Assembly: GCA_041489005.1 (NCBI GenBank)
Contig: JBGPQK010000008.1
Coordinates: 6,602-70,601 of the forward strand
DNA length: 64,000 nucleotides
From: Anaerolineae bacterium
GTDB lineage: Bacteria > Chloroflexota > Anaerolineae > Anaerolineales > Villigracilaceae
Direction: 5' to 3'
In this document: one piece after another, positions 55,418-64,000 of the stretch
Layout: every line of letters begins with the position of its first letter
How positions within the stretch are numbered: position 1 is the stretch's first letter
The notes under the pieces: model-generated
What the model saw: the letters and a program-made list of their open reading frames with translations, nothing else
Databases searched by the model: none
Told to the model about the DNA's origin: nothing
Made by a program: the position numbers and the translations under genes

Positions 55418-56617
55418 ATGAATCCAATTCTGCGCGGCAACCGCGCTCTCATCCGGAGCATTAACCGCTCCATCCTTCTCAATGCCATCAAGACACAGGG
55501 GCTGGTCTCGCGTGCCGCCCTTGTACATATAACCGGTCTCAGCCCCGCTACTGTCACTGCCATAACAGGTCGGCTTATCGAGGAAGGTCTGGTGTTTGAA
55601 AAAGCCACCGGCGATTCCACTGGCGGGCGGCCGCCGATCATGCTGGCACTCAACCCGCGCGGCGGCTTTGTCATTGGAATCAAATTGATGGAAGGGCATG
55701 CGGTTGGTGCTCTGACAGATCTGAATGCAACTATTTTAGCGAAAGATTCCATCGAGCTTGCTGACAAGCAGTACGAAACGAGTGTGGAAACCCTGATAGC
55801 CCTCGTTAACCGTTTGATTCACAGCAGCGGTATCCCCACAAAACAACTGATGGGATTGGGAATTGGCTTGGCAGGGGTGGTTGATTTTGCACACGGAATC
55901 GTGAAACAGAATCCTTTTTTTGGCTGGCGGAATATTCTCTTACGCGATGTGTTGGAAACACGAATGCATGTTCCTGTTTATATTGATAACGACGTCAATA
56001 CGCTTACGCTGAGCGAAAAATGGCTCAACCGCGGTCAGCCTGAAGATAATTTTATCGTAATTACGATTGGGCGTGGGATCGGTATGGGCATCGTGATTAA
56101 TGGGGAGGTTTACCGCGGCAAAGGAGGTGGAGCAGGCGAATTAGGGCATGTGATGGTAGACCCCAATGGACCCCTTTGCGATTGCGGCAAGCGGGGTTGC
56201 CTGGAAAGCCTGGTGAGTGATCGCGCTCTTGTTGCTGAAGCGCGGCGTAATGTGAGTCCGGATATTGCTGATCTCGATGACCTCATCCAACTCGCCTCTG
56301 AAGGGGACGCAGGGGCTGCCCAGGTTCTGGCACATGCCGGCACGCTGCTCGGGAGACAAATCGCCAACATAGTGAATGTACTAGATCCGAAATTAATAAT
56401 TATTAGTGGCGAGGGCACTCGCATGGGCGATGTGTTCTTCTCCGCTGTTCGTACCGCTTTTCACGATTGCGTCATGACTGGCCTGGCAGAAGATACCGAA
56501 ATTCGAGTTAATTCCTGGGGGGACGATATCTGGGCGCTTGGAGCAGCCAGCTTGGTGATTGCGGAAATTTTTAAATCACCGATTCAAAAGGAGGAGAGAA
56601 CTGAAAATACCAAATGA
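55418..56617 (+). CDS. ROK-family transcriptional repressor (NagC/XylR type)
   Basis: N-terminal wHTH (RSILLNAIKTQGLVSRAALVHITGLSPATV), GIGLAGVVD and the zinc motif GELGH...CDCGKRGCLE. Confidence 0.85.
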   Translation: MNPILRGNRALIRSINRSILLNAIKTQGLVSRAALVHITGLSPATVTAITGRLIEEGLVFEKATGDSTGGRPPIMLALNPRGGFVIGIKLMEGHAVGALTDLNATILAKDSIELADKQYETSVETLIALVNRLIHSSGIPTKQLMGLGIGLAGVVDFAHGIVKQNPFFGWRNILLRDVLETRMHVPVYIDNDVNTLTLSEKWLNRGQPEDNFIVITIGRGIGMGIVINGEVYRGKGGGAGELGHVMVDPNGPLCDCGKRGCLESLVSDRALVAEARRNVSPDIADLDDLIQLASEGDAGAAQVLAHAGTLLGRQIANIVNVLDPKLIIISGEGTRMGDVFFSAVRTAFHDCVMTGLAEDTEIRVNSWGDDIWALGAASLVIAEIFKSPIQKEERTENTK

Positions 56618-56639
56618 GTAGTTTTTTTTTAAGCCAAGT

Positions 56640-56660
56640 TAGTTCGTTCAATATACAAAG
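56640..56660. promoter_or_regulatory. candidate operator motif, copy B (upstream of the ABC binding-protein gene)
   Basis: TAGTTCGTTCAATATACAAAG. A related half, TTGAATAAACCAAAG, lies at 56680-56694. Confidence 0.45.
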
Positions 56661-56723
56661 TAACTAATCACTTGTATAATTGAATAAACCAAAGTCAATC
56701 CAATCAATCAGAAGGAGTAGAAA

Positions 56724-58052
56724 ATGAAATCACATTTCCAGTTCGTTATCTTGTCCGGCTTGATTGTGATGAGCATGCTTCTGGGTGCATGCGCCACTAA
56801 AACTCCAACGGCCGCACCGACAGCCACAAATTCTGCCGAAACGAATCAGTCTGAAGCAACCACTGCCCCGGTCGAACAGACCACTATCAAGGTCATGTCC
56901 TTCTTCGCCTTTGACACTCCGGGAGTAGAATATGCTGTGGTGAAGGCTTTTGAGGAAAAGAATCCGGACATCACAGTCGTGTTCGAGTCTGTCCCATACG
57001 CTGATATTTTCCTGAAATACAAGACCCTGATCGCGGCTGGTTTGGCACCGGATGTGATGTCGATGAATTACGACAATGCCTACATGTTTGCGTCCATGGG
57101 TGCACTGGCACCATTGGATGAGTTAATCACTGCGTCTGGCTACGACACGAGCACAATCTACAAGAGCGCGTTAGATATGTTCAAACTAAATGGTGTGCAG
57201 TACTCCATGCCCGCCACTTTCTCAGATGTGGTGTTGTTCTACAATAAAAACCTCTTTGATGCTGCCGGCCTGGAATACCCCCAACGCGATTGGACAAAGG
57301 AAGAATTTCAGGCAGCTGCCAAGGCTCTGACCTTAGATACCAACGGCGATGGAAAGATTGATCAATGGGGTTACACCTTCCCCTGGTGGCCGATTGTACT
57401 TGAAATGTACAATGCAAAAATCTGGAGTGCGGATGGCAAGACCTGCACATTGAATTCGCCTGAAGGGATCAAAGCCATGCAGAGCATTGTGGATGCACGC
57501 TACGTGAGTAAATTCGCCATGACCGCTGATGACCTAGCCGTACAGGGCGACTGGGATACGTTCTTTGCTGGAAAACTAGCGATGCTCCCTACCGGACCCT
57601 GGGCTGTTGGGACATTCAACGAAAAAATCACCGGCTTTACCTATGACATTGCCCACATGCCCGCTGGCGACAAACAGGCGACTCATACCTATGCCAATTC
57701 CTATGCCATGTCTGCTACTTCCAAAAATAAAGATGCTGCCTGGAGATTCATTGAATTTGCTACCGGACCTGAAGGAACCAAGATTCGGCAAGATGGCAAA
57801 TATGAAATTTCACCTGTAAAAGAAATCGCAGAGAAATACTACCTCGCTGGTCTTGCTGGCGCTCCTCCAGAACACGCGATTGTCTTCCTGGAAGCTATGG
57901 ACTATGCAGTAGCACAGCCGGTCAATGCCAATATGAACCAGATTTATGATGCGATTCAACCAGAATTGGACCTTGCTCTAACTCAGGCGGAGAGTGTTAA
58001 AGACGCTCTGGATAAAGCGTGCGTGGGTGTGAACGCAGTATTGAACCCATAA
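56724..58052 (+). CDS. carbohydrate ABC transporter substrate-binding lipoprotein
   Basis: Lipobox LLGAC, a T/A-rich linker and family-1 solute-binding protein length and layout. Confidence 0.85.
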   Translation: MKSHFQFVILSGLIVMSMLLGACATKTPTAAPTATNSAETNQSEATTAPVEQTTIKVMSFFAFDTPGVEYAVVKAFEEKNPDITVVFESVPYADIFLKYKTLIAAGLAPDVMSMNYDNAYMFASMGALAPLDELITASGYDTSTIYKSALDMFKLNGVQYSMPATFSDVVLFYNKNLFDAAGLEYPQRDWTKEEFQAAAKALTLDTNGDGKIDQWGYTFPWWPIVLEMYNAKIWSADGKTCTLNSPEGIKAMQSIVDARYVSKFAMTADDLAVQGDWDTFFAGKLAMLPTGPWAVGTFNEKITGFTYDIAHMPAGDKQATHTYANSYAMSATSKNKDAAWRFIEFATGPEGTKIRQDGKYEISPVKEIAEKYYLAGLAGAPPEHAIVFLEAMDYAVAQPVNANMNQIYDAIQPELDLALTQAESVKDALDKACVGVNAVLNP

Positions 58053-58119
58053 CAATCCTCAATCGTTCGAAGGGGATGAGAATTTATTAATTCTCATCCC
58101 CTTGTATTAGAGGTAAATC

Positions 58120-59043
58120 ATGGTGATTAATCCATTTACACAAGTGAAACAGAAAATAACCTGGTCCAAAAAGAACCGTATACGGGAAGCCATTTGGGGG
58201 TATCTTTTCATAACCCCAAATTTTCTAATCATTCTATTTTTCACCGTTATTCCGATCTTTTTTTCGCTTTACATGAGTCTGACCGACTGGAATATTTTAA
58301 GCACTCCTAATTTCATTGGCTTGGAAAACTATCAGAATATTTTTTCCGATAAAGTGGCTCAAGAAACATTCTTTAATACATTTTACTTTACGGTGGTCAG
58401 CGTTCCCATCAATACGGTCATAACCTTATTGCTGGCCGTCTTACTCAATCAAAAAATCAGGGGGATCACCTTTTTTCGAACATCGTTCTACTTACCCGTT
58501 ATTTCAGCTTCTGTGGCTGTGAGTTTAATATTCATGTGGATTCTGGCAAACAATGGGTTGATGAATCAGATCTTGGGCAGTCTGGGAGTTGAGCCTATAA
58601 GGTGGTTAACGGACCCAAAAATTGCCTTGAATTCGGTCATCGGAGTGACGATATGGAAGGGGTTAGGGTTAAATATGATCATTTTTCTAGCCGCTTTACA
58701 AGATATTCCAAAGGAATTGCTCGAGGCAGCTTCCATCGATGGCGCCAACCGAATCCAGCAATTCTTCAAGATCACAGTTCCTTTATTATCGCCTGTGATT
58801 TTCTTTATCACTATTACAGGTGTGATTGGTTCTTTCCAGAGTTTCGACCTGGTGTACAACATGACAAAGGGCGGGCCGGGGCATGCCACCACGGTCATTG
58901 GATATTACATCTGGAAACAGGCTTTTGATTACATGCATATGGGGTACGGAGCTGCACTGGCGTATATCGTTTTTGGGGCTATCCTGGTATTAACCTCCAT
59001 TCAATGGGTTTTGCGCAAGCGCTGGGTGTTTAGCGAGGAGTAA
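58120..59043 (+). CDS. carbohydrate ABC transporter permease
   Basis: Six TM helices and the EAA loop EAASIDGANRIQQFFKITVP. Confidence 0.88.
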   Translation: MVINPFTQVKQKITWSKKNRIREAIWGYLFITPNFLIILFFTVIPIFFSLYMSLTDWNILSTPNFIGLENYQNIFSDKVAQETFFNTFYFTVVSVPINTVITLLLAVLLNQKIRGITFFRTSFYLPVISASVAVSLIFMWILANNGLMNQILGSLGVEPIRWLTDPKIALNSVIGVTIWKGLGLNMIIFLAALQDIPKELLEAASIDGANRIQQFFKITVPLLSPVIFFITITGVIGSFQSFDLVYNMTKGGPGHATTVIGYYIWKQAFDYMHMGYGAALAYIVFGAILVLTSIQWVLRKRWVFSEE

Positions 59044-59046
59044 CCA

Positions 59047-59901
59047 ATGCCCAATAAAAACAACCCTAAAAACGAATCCATTCAGGTGCAAATCATAAAG
59101 ACGATATCGATTACCTTCCTGGTGTTTGCCGCCATTACCATGATTATCCCATTCATATGGAGCGTGATCACATCGCTCAAAAGTGCAGAGAATATTTTTT
59201 CACACTCCGCTTTCTGGATCCAATTTCCTCCTGATTTTTCGGCGTATAAGCAGGTTTGGAATCGAGTCCCACTACTCCTCTATGCTGGTAACACGTTGAA
59301 AGTAGCGTCGATTGTCACAATCGGACAGTTGGCTACTTCTTCCCTGGCCGGATACGCATTCGCGAGACTCAAGTTTCCTGGAAGGGATAAATTGTTCTTC
59401 TTTTATATCGCTACCATGATGATTCCGGGGATGGTTTTATTGATTCCCAATTTCATGGTGATGAAATATCTAGGAGCCATCGATACTCACTGGGCGCTGA
59501 TCCTGTCTGCCGTTGGCAGTGCTTTCGGCACATTTTTGCTGCGGCAGTTCTTCCTCTCATTTCCAGCGGAGTTGGAAGATGCAGCGAAGCTGGACGGTTG
59601 CAATCCCCTCATGTTTTACTGGTATATACTGCTGCCCAATTCCAAGCCAATTATGACTACGCTTGGTTTGATGGCATTTCAATTTATCTGGAACGATTTC
59701 CAATGGCCTCTTATCGTACTAAACTCCCCATCCAAACGGACGCTACAATTGGGTCTTTCCTACTTGATTAATGAATATTACACCGATTGGACCCTCCTGA
59801 TGGCCGCCTCCGTACTGACCTTGATTCCGATTATTGTGCTGTTCTTTGCGGTTCAGAAGTATTTCGTGCAAAGCTTTAAATTTACTGGCCTGAAAGGATA
59901 A
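59047..59901 (+). CDS. carbohydrate ABC transporter permease
   Basis: Six TM helices and the EAA loop EDAAKLDGCNPLMFYWYILLP. Confidence 0.88.
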   Translation: MPNKNNPKNESIQVQIIKTISITFLVFAAITMIIPFIWSVITSLKSAENIFSHSAFWIQFPPDFSAYKQVWNRVPLLLYAGNTLKVASIVTIGQLATSSLAGYAFARLKFPGRDKLFFFYIATMMIPGMVLLIPNFMVMKYLGAIDTHWALILSAVGSAFGTFLLRQFFLSFPAELEDAAKLDGCNPLMFYWYILLPNSKPIMTTLGLMAFQFIWNDFQWPLIVLNSPSKRTLQLGLSYLINEYYTDWTLLMAASVLTLIPIIVLFFAVQKYFVQSFKFTGLKG

Positions 59902-59908
59902 ACTGGCC

Positions 59909-61054
59909 TTGGACTCTCTATATAACAATAGTCTTCGAATTATTAAACAAGGTCAATCGGAATCAGGGGCATATATTGCCTGCCCCAACTTTCCCACCTA
60001 CCATTATTGTTGGCTGCGTGACGGCAGCTTTATCGCTCACGCTATGGATACAGCTGGCCAATTCGCCAGTGCAAAATCATTCTTCCGATGGGTGGGTCGC
60101 ACCATTCAGAAATACGGGGTTAAGGTGGAAGATATCCGCCATCACCTGGAAGCTGGGGTGTCAATTGGCAAGGACGATATGCTGCACACGCGCTACACTC
60201 TGGACGGGAACGAAGTGACCGTTGATAATACCTGGGGCAACTTCCAGATCGATGGTTACGGATCCTGGCTATGGGCTCTTACTGAGCATGTACGTCGGAG
60301 CGGAGACACCTCTCTTCTTAAAGAATTGACAGAGCCTGTGCTGATCACCCTGCGTTACTTGGAGTTGGTCTGGAAACTTCCCAATTATGACTGCTGGGAA
60401 GAACATCCTGAGTGTTTACATCCCTACTCGCTGGCGACAGTTTATTCTGGTTTTGATTCTATCGCGTCTCTGGTTCGTGCAGGTTGGATAGAGGCCTGCC
60501 CGGTGGCAGTGGATGAGTTAGCCAGGCAGGTAAGAAAATTCTTAGTGAAGTACTCAGTGCATGAAGGACACCTTGTTAAACACATCTTGCCGGAACGAAT
60601 GGGTGAATCTCCCAAACCCATTCCGCAGAGCGGTGTTGACTCCAGCCTCATTGGCATTTCAGTACCATACAATGTCCTCAAGCCCGAGGATCCATTGATA
60701 CAAGCTACGATACAAGCCATTGAAACTGAATTGCATCGGCTGGACGGAGGAGTCTACCGGTACAAAGCAGATGTCTATTACGGTGGTGGCGAATGGCTAG
60801 TTTTGACCGCCTGGTTGGGTTGGTATTATGCGCTTATAGGTAAAATTGATCGGGCAGAATCACTTCGTGCCTGGATTGAATCCAAGGCAGATGCAGATGG
60901 ATGTTTGGCCGAACAGGTGAGCGACCACACACTGGCACCCGGCAATTTTGAACCCTGGGTAAAGAAATGGGGTCCGGTGGCTAGTCCGCTTCTCTGGTCA
61001 CACGCCATGTACATCATTCTTGTCAAGGCGATCCAGGAGAGTAAATCGAATTGA
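59909..61054 (+). CDS. glycoside hydrolase family 15 (glucoamylase-related, catalytic domain only)
   Basis: YHYCWLRDGSF, FQIDGYGSWLWAL, NYDCWEE and EQV...WSHAMYI, consistent with an (alpha/alpha)6 barrel. TTG start. Confidence 0.75.
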   Translation: MDSLYNNSLRIIKQGQSESGAYIACPNFPTYHYCWLRDGSFIAHAMDTAGQFASAKSFFRWVGRTIQKYGVKVEDIRHHLEAGVSIGKDDMLHTRYTLDGNEVTVDNTWGNFQIDGYGSWLWALTEHVRRSGDTSLLKELTEPVLITLRYLELVWKLPNYDCWEEHPECLHPYSLATVYSGFDSIASLVRAGWIEACPVAVDELARQVRKFLVKYSVHEGHLVKHILPERMGESPKPIPQSGVDSSLIGISVPYNVLKPEDPLIQATIQAIETELHRLDGGVYRYKADVYYGGGEWLVLTAWLGWYYALIGKIDRAESLRAWIESKADADGCLAEQVSDHTLAPGNFEPWVKKWGPVASPLLWSHAMYIILVKAIQESKSN

Positions 61055-63852
61055 TGATTTCTTCAGACTCTCTGACTCCCATTATTCACCATCAACCCTA
61101 TGGTGAACAGCATCCTTATGACCCTCTGCCTTGCGAGCGATACCCCCGCGATCCATCAGCAGGCGAGCCGGTGATGCTGGGTGTTGAAACTGGGCGCAGT
61201 TATTCAGCCGATGCAGTTTGGTGTATCTGGCAAGTCGAAGGCATTCCTAAGTCTACCCGAGCTGAAGCAGTGAAGCAAAGTGTTGGCGAAACTGCTGACC
61301 ATTGGCAAGTGCAACTGCCAGCCTTAAATGGCGGCGAAGTGGTTCATTATCGTTTTTTTGCGCACAGCGGGGAGCATCAGGTTGAGAGTGAAGAATTCAC
61401 TTTTAGTGTGACCACCTGGGTTGATGTAATGTCCATCGTCGCAATGGTAGAAAACGCGGAGAGGCTGGTCGTAAAGATGGCCACTGGTCGTCCAGGTCTA
61501 TATGTACATCTCCAGGCGGAAGCAGATCCCACGGGGACGATATCCCTGCGGCTGTCATCATTCTACGAAAGCAGCGTTCTAACTCCCACAATATCATTAA
61601 AGGAAACGTTGACCGTGAAATGGGGGGATGTGAGCATCACGCTGCATTGCAATCCGTTTAAGCTGGTGCTTTGCCGGGAAAGCGATGGCTTGATGCTTCA
61701 AAACGCAGGTCCGTTCCGGGTCTTGGTGTGTGCGGATGGGACAGTGGCGCGTTACCGGTTAGGGTTTGACAGCCCATCCGACGAAGCTTTTTACGGCTTT
61801 GGTGAGCGGTTCAATGCGCTTGATCAGCGCGGTAATCAACTGGATAACCAGGTATACGGCCAATACACAAGTCAGGGAAAACGCTCCTATATTCCGATTC
61901 CGTTTTTTATTTCCTCTCGCGGATATGGTTTGTGGTTGAATACGGAGCGCCAGGCAGAATTTGACTTGGCGGCATCTGAGAACAACTGCTGGACTCTGAC
62001 TGGTCATGTCGAAGAAGATGCCAGCCTGGAAATGAGATTCTTATTTCAGAAGCATCCGCGTGCTGTAGTGCAGGCTTTCACAGACCTGACCGGTAAACCT
62101 CACCTGCCCCCACCCTGGGTATTTGGTCTTTGGATGAGCAGCAACGATTGGAACAGCCAATCTGAAGTTTTGCGCCAATTGGACCTGGCTCGGAAGTATG
62201 AGATTCCTGCCACCGTGCTGGTAATCGAGGCTTGGAGTGACGAAGTCAATTTTTATATCTGGAACAATGCCCAATACAGGCAGAAACCCTCCTCTCATGC
62301 ATATAGCCTGAGAGATTACGCTTTTCCAAAGGCAGGACACTGGCCGGATCCAAAGGCAATGATTGATGAACTTCACGAGGCCGGGTTGAGATTGGTGTTG
62401 TGGCAGATTCCGGTCATGAAATCCGGCAATCCAGCTGAGCATATGGATGAAACTCAGAAAGATGCGGACCAGGGGTATGCCATCCAGAATCAATTTGTTG
62501 TTCAAAAAGCCGACGGCAGTCCGCATCGTATAGAAGCTCACTCGCCTTGGTTCGATAATAGCTTGGTGTTCGATTTCACCAATCAGGAAGCCCTAGATTG
62601 GTGGTTTAAGAAACGGGAATACCTGCCAGCCGAAATGGATGTGGATGGGTTCAAAACCGACGGCGGCGAGCATATCTGGGATACCGGAATACACTTCAAA
62701 AACGGCATGCCCGGAAGCCGGGGGATCAATTGCTACCCTTTGATATATGAAAGGGCTTATAACCGCTTCTTAAAAACCCACCGGGGAGAAGATTACATTC
62801 TCTTCAGCCGGGCTGGTTATACCGGGGTGCAGCAGGTTTCCTGCCATTGGACGGGGGATGAAAACTCCACCTGGGATGCCTTCCGCGCCACCCTGCGCGC
62901 CATGCTCAATGTGGGTCTGTGTGGGGTATCGTTTATTGGCTGGGATATTGCCGGGTTCGCTGGACCCATTCCGAGCAGTGAACTCTACCTGCGTGCGGCA
63001 GCGTTTTCAGTTTTTTGTCCGATCATGCAATATCATTCGGATTACAATGCCCGGAGCGAACCCAGCCGGGACCGCACACCGTGGAACATACAGGAACTCA
63101 CCGGCGACCCGGAAGTGATCTCTGTCTTCCGGCAATTTACGAACCTGCGCATGAATTTGATCCCATACATTCTGGGGCAGGCGCTTAAGAGCAGCCAAAG
63201 CGGTTTGCCATTGATGCGGGCATTGCCGCTGGATTTTCCTTCAAGTGCCACCTGCCGGGAATTCCCCTATGAGTATATGTTTGGCGATGCATTGCTGGTG
63301 GTACCCGTGATGGAAAAAGGAAAGTCTGCTTGGGAGGTTTTCTTGCCAGAGGGTGAGTGGCGTGATTTGTGGACCGGAGCGATATTTAAAGGTAATCAGG
63401 AATTCGCCGTTCCGGTGCCGAAAGAGCGGATCCCGGTTTACCAGCGCCGCGGCAGCATTGTGCCACTCAACCTGGGAGAAACGCTGGAATTGTGCAGCCC
63501 GGTAGGAAACTCACCCGTGGAGATCAAGAACCTGGCCGTGCTAGTCTACCCTGGTGATGCATGCCGTGTGGATGTGTACCAAGGCAAAGGATTCCCGTAT
63601 GGTGATATTTCCACTCAGCAGGTTGAAGAAAACGGTCAAATTAAGGTGGTTCTGAAGGGGTTGAAGTACCCAGTGAACTTGCTGATATTGGGGAATGAAC
63701 CCAGCCAGGTGAGTGTGAATGAAACTTTACTGCAACGTCTGGAAGACTGTGTCAGAAGTTCGGATGCTTTTTGGGTCTGGATGCCCGACCGTTATATGGC
63801 CTACATACACTTGCCTCCACATAAGGGAACAGCTGTGGTTATTCTCTCCTAA
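61051..63852 (+). CDS. glycoside hydrolase family 31 (alpha-glucosidase/alpha-xylosidase type)
   Basis: VLVIEAWSDE, VDGFKTDGGE, HWTGDENSTW and FCPIMQYH. Confidence 0.85.
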   Translation: MMISSDSLTPIIHHQPYGEQHPYDPLPCERYPRDPSAGEPVMLGVETGRSYSADAVWCIWQVEGIPKSTRAEAVKQSVGETADHWQVQLPALNGGEVVHYRFFAHSGEHQVESEEFTFSVTTWVDVMSIVAMVENAERLVVKMATGRPGLYVHLQAEADPTGTISLRLSSFYESSVLTPTISLKETLTVKWGDVSITLHCNPFKLVLCRESDGLMLQNAGPFRVLVCADGTVARYRLGFDSPSDEAFYGFGERFNALDQRGNQLDNQVYGQYTSQGKRSYIPIPFFISSRGYGLWLNTERQAEFDLAASENNCWTLTGHVEEDASLEMRFLFQKHPRAVVQAFTDLTGKPHLPPPWVFGLWMSSNDWNSQSEVLRQLDLARKYEIPATVLVIEAWSDEVNFYIWNNAQYRQKPSSHAYSLRDYAFPKAGHWPDPKAMIDELHEAGLRLVLWQIPVMKSGNPAEHMDETQKDADQGYAIQNQFVVQKADGSPHRIEAHSPWFDNSLVFDFTNQEALDWWFKKREYLPAEMDVDGFKTDGGEHIWDTGIHFKNGMPGSRGINCYPLIYERAYNRFLKTHRGEDYILFSRAGYTGVQQVSCHWTGDENSTWDAFRATLRAMLNVGLCGVSFIGWDIAGFAGPIPSSELYLRAAAFSVFCPIMQYHSDYNARSEPSRDRTPWNIQELTGDPEVISVFRQFTNLRMNLIPYILGQALKSSQSGLPLMRALPLDFPSSATCREFPYEYMFGDALLVVPVMEKGKSAWEVFLPEGEWRDLWTGAIFKGNQEFAVPVPKERIPVYQRRGSIVPLNLGETLELCSPVGNSPVEIKNLAVLVYPGDACRVDVYQGKGFPYGDISTQQVEENGQIKVVLKGLKYPVNLLILGNEPSQVSVNETLLQRLEDCVRSSDAFWVWMPDRYMAYIHLPPHKGTAVVILS

Positions 63853-64000
63853 CCGGTTTGAGGCTCTTCCTCCAGTACTAACCGGAGGAAGAAGGGCCCT
63901 TGTTTGTAAATTTCAAGACGAGAGCTCGGATACACAATAGGGTGTGGTAAGCCGCCTGGGCGTCACCTCAAACCTGTCAAATCGGGCAAATCGCTGGACA

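Noticed and set aside
1-64000. CRISPR arrays, rRNA genes, IS elements, transposases or integrases.
   Set aside because: I found no short regularly spaced repeats, no rRNA-like stretches, and no ORF with DDE transposase, tyrosine recombinase (R..HxxR..Y) or serine recombinase signatures in any frame of the track.

Overview
This is a 64-kb bacterial chromosomal window with mid-to-high GC. Gene content, frequent TTG/GTG starts and a possible leaderless transcript fit a Chloroflexota-like organism, but that is inference only. I support about 55 protein genes and found no rRNA, no complete tRNA and no CRISPR array. Bases 1-42.7 kb are mostly housekeeping: CoA-transferase subunits, rarA, selA, tsaD, the tsaC-prmC-prfA cluster, uvrC, metG, an ABC exporter and rpoD. 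They also hold a TetR-headed beta-oxidation operon (MBL hydrolase, two acyl-CoA dehydrogenases, a FadN-type fusion, thiolase, SCP2) next to etfBA and fadD. Bases 52.7-63.9 kb are a ROK-regulated alpha-glucoside locus with GH31, an ABC importer, GH15 and a second GH31. The unusual part is 42.7-52.7 kb. Three full direct repeats and one truncated repeat each join the 3' half of a tRNA-Met(CAU) to a conserved ~145-nt non-tRNA arm. They sit about 4.4 kb apart and bracket integrase-less cassettes. One cassette carries a GH10 lipoprotein, a DUF503 relic and an SDR. The other carries a decayed Fic gene, VapBC and a primase-polymerase(AEP)-SF2 helicase fusion interrupted by one in-frame TAG. A MazE/Doc pair follows the last repeat. 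Outside the island, the best lead is a possible leaderless, Met-codon-rich leader ORF with competing antiterminator and terminator pairings upstream of metG. All product calls rest on motifs read by eye; no searches were run.
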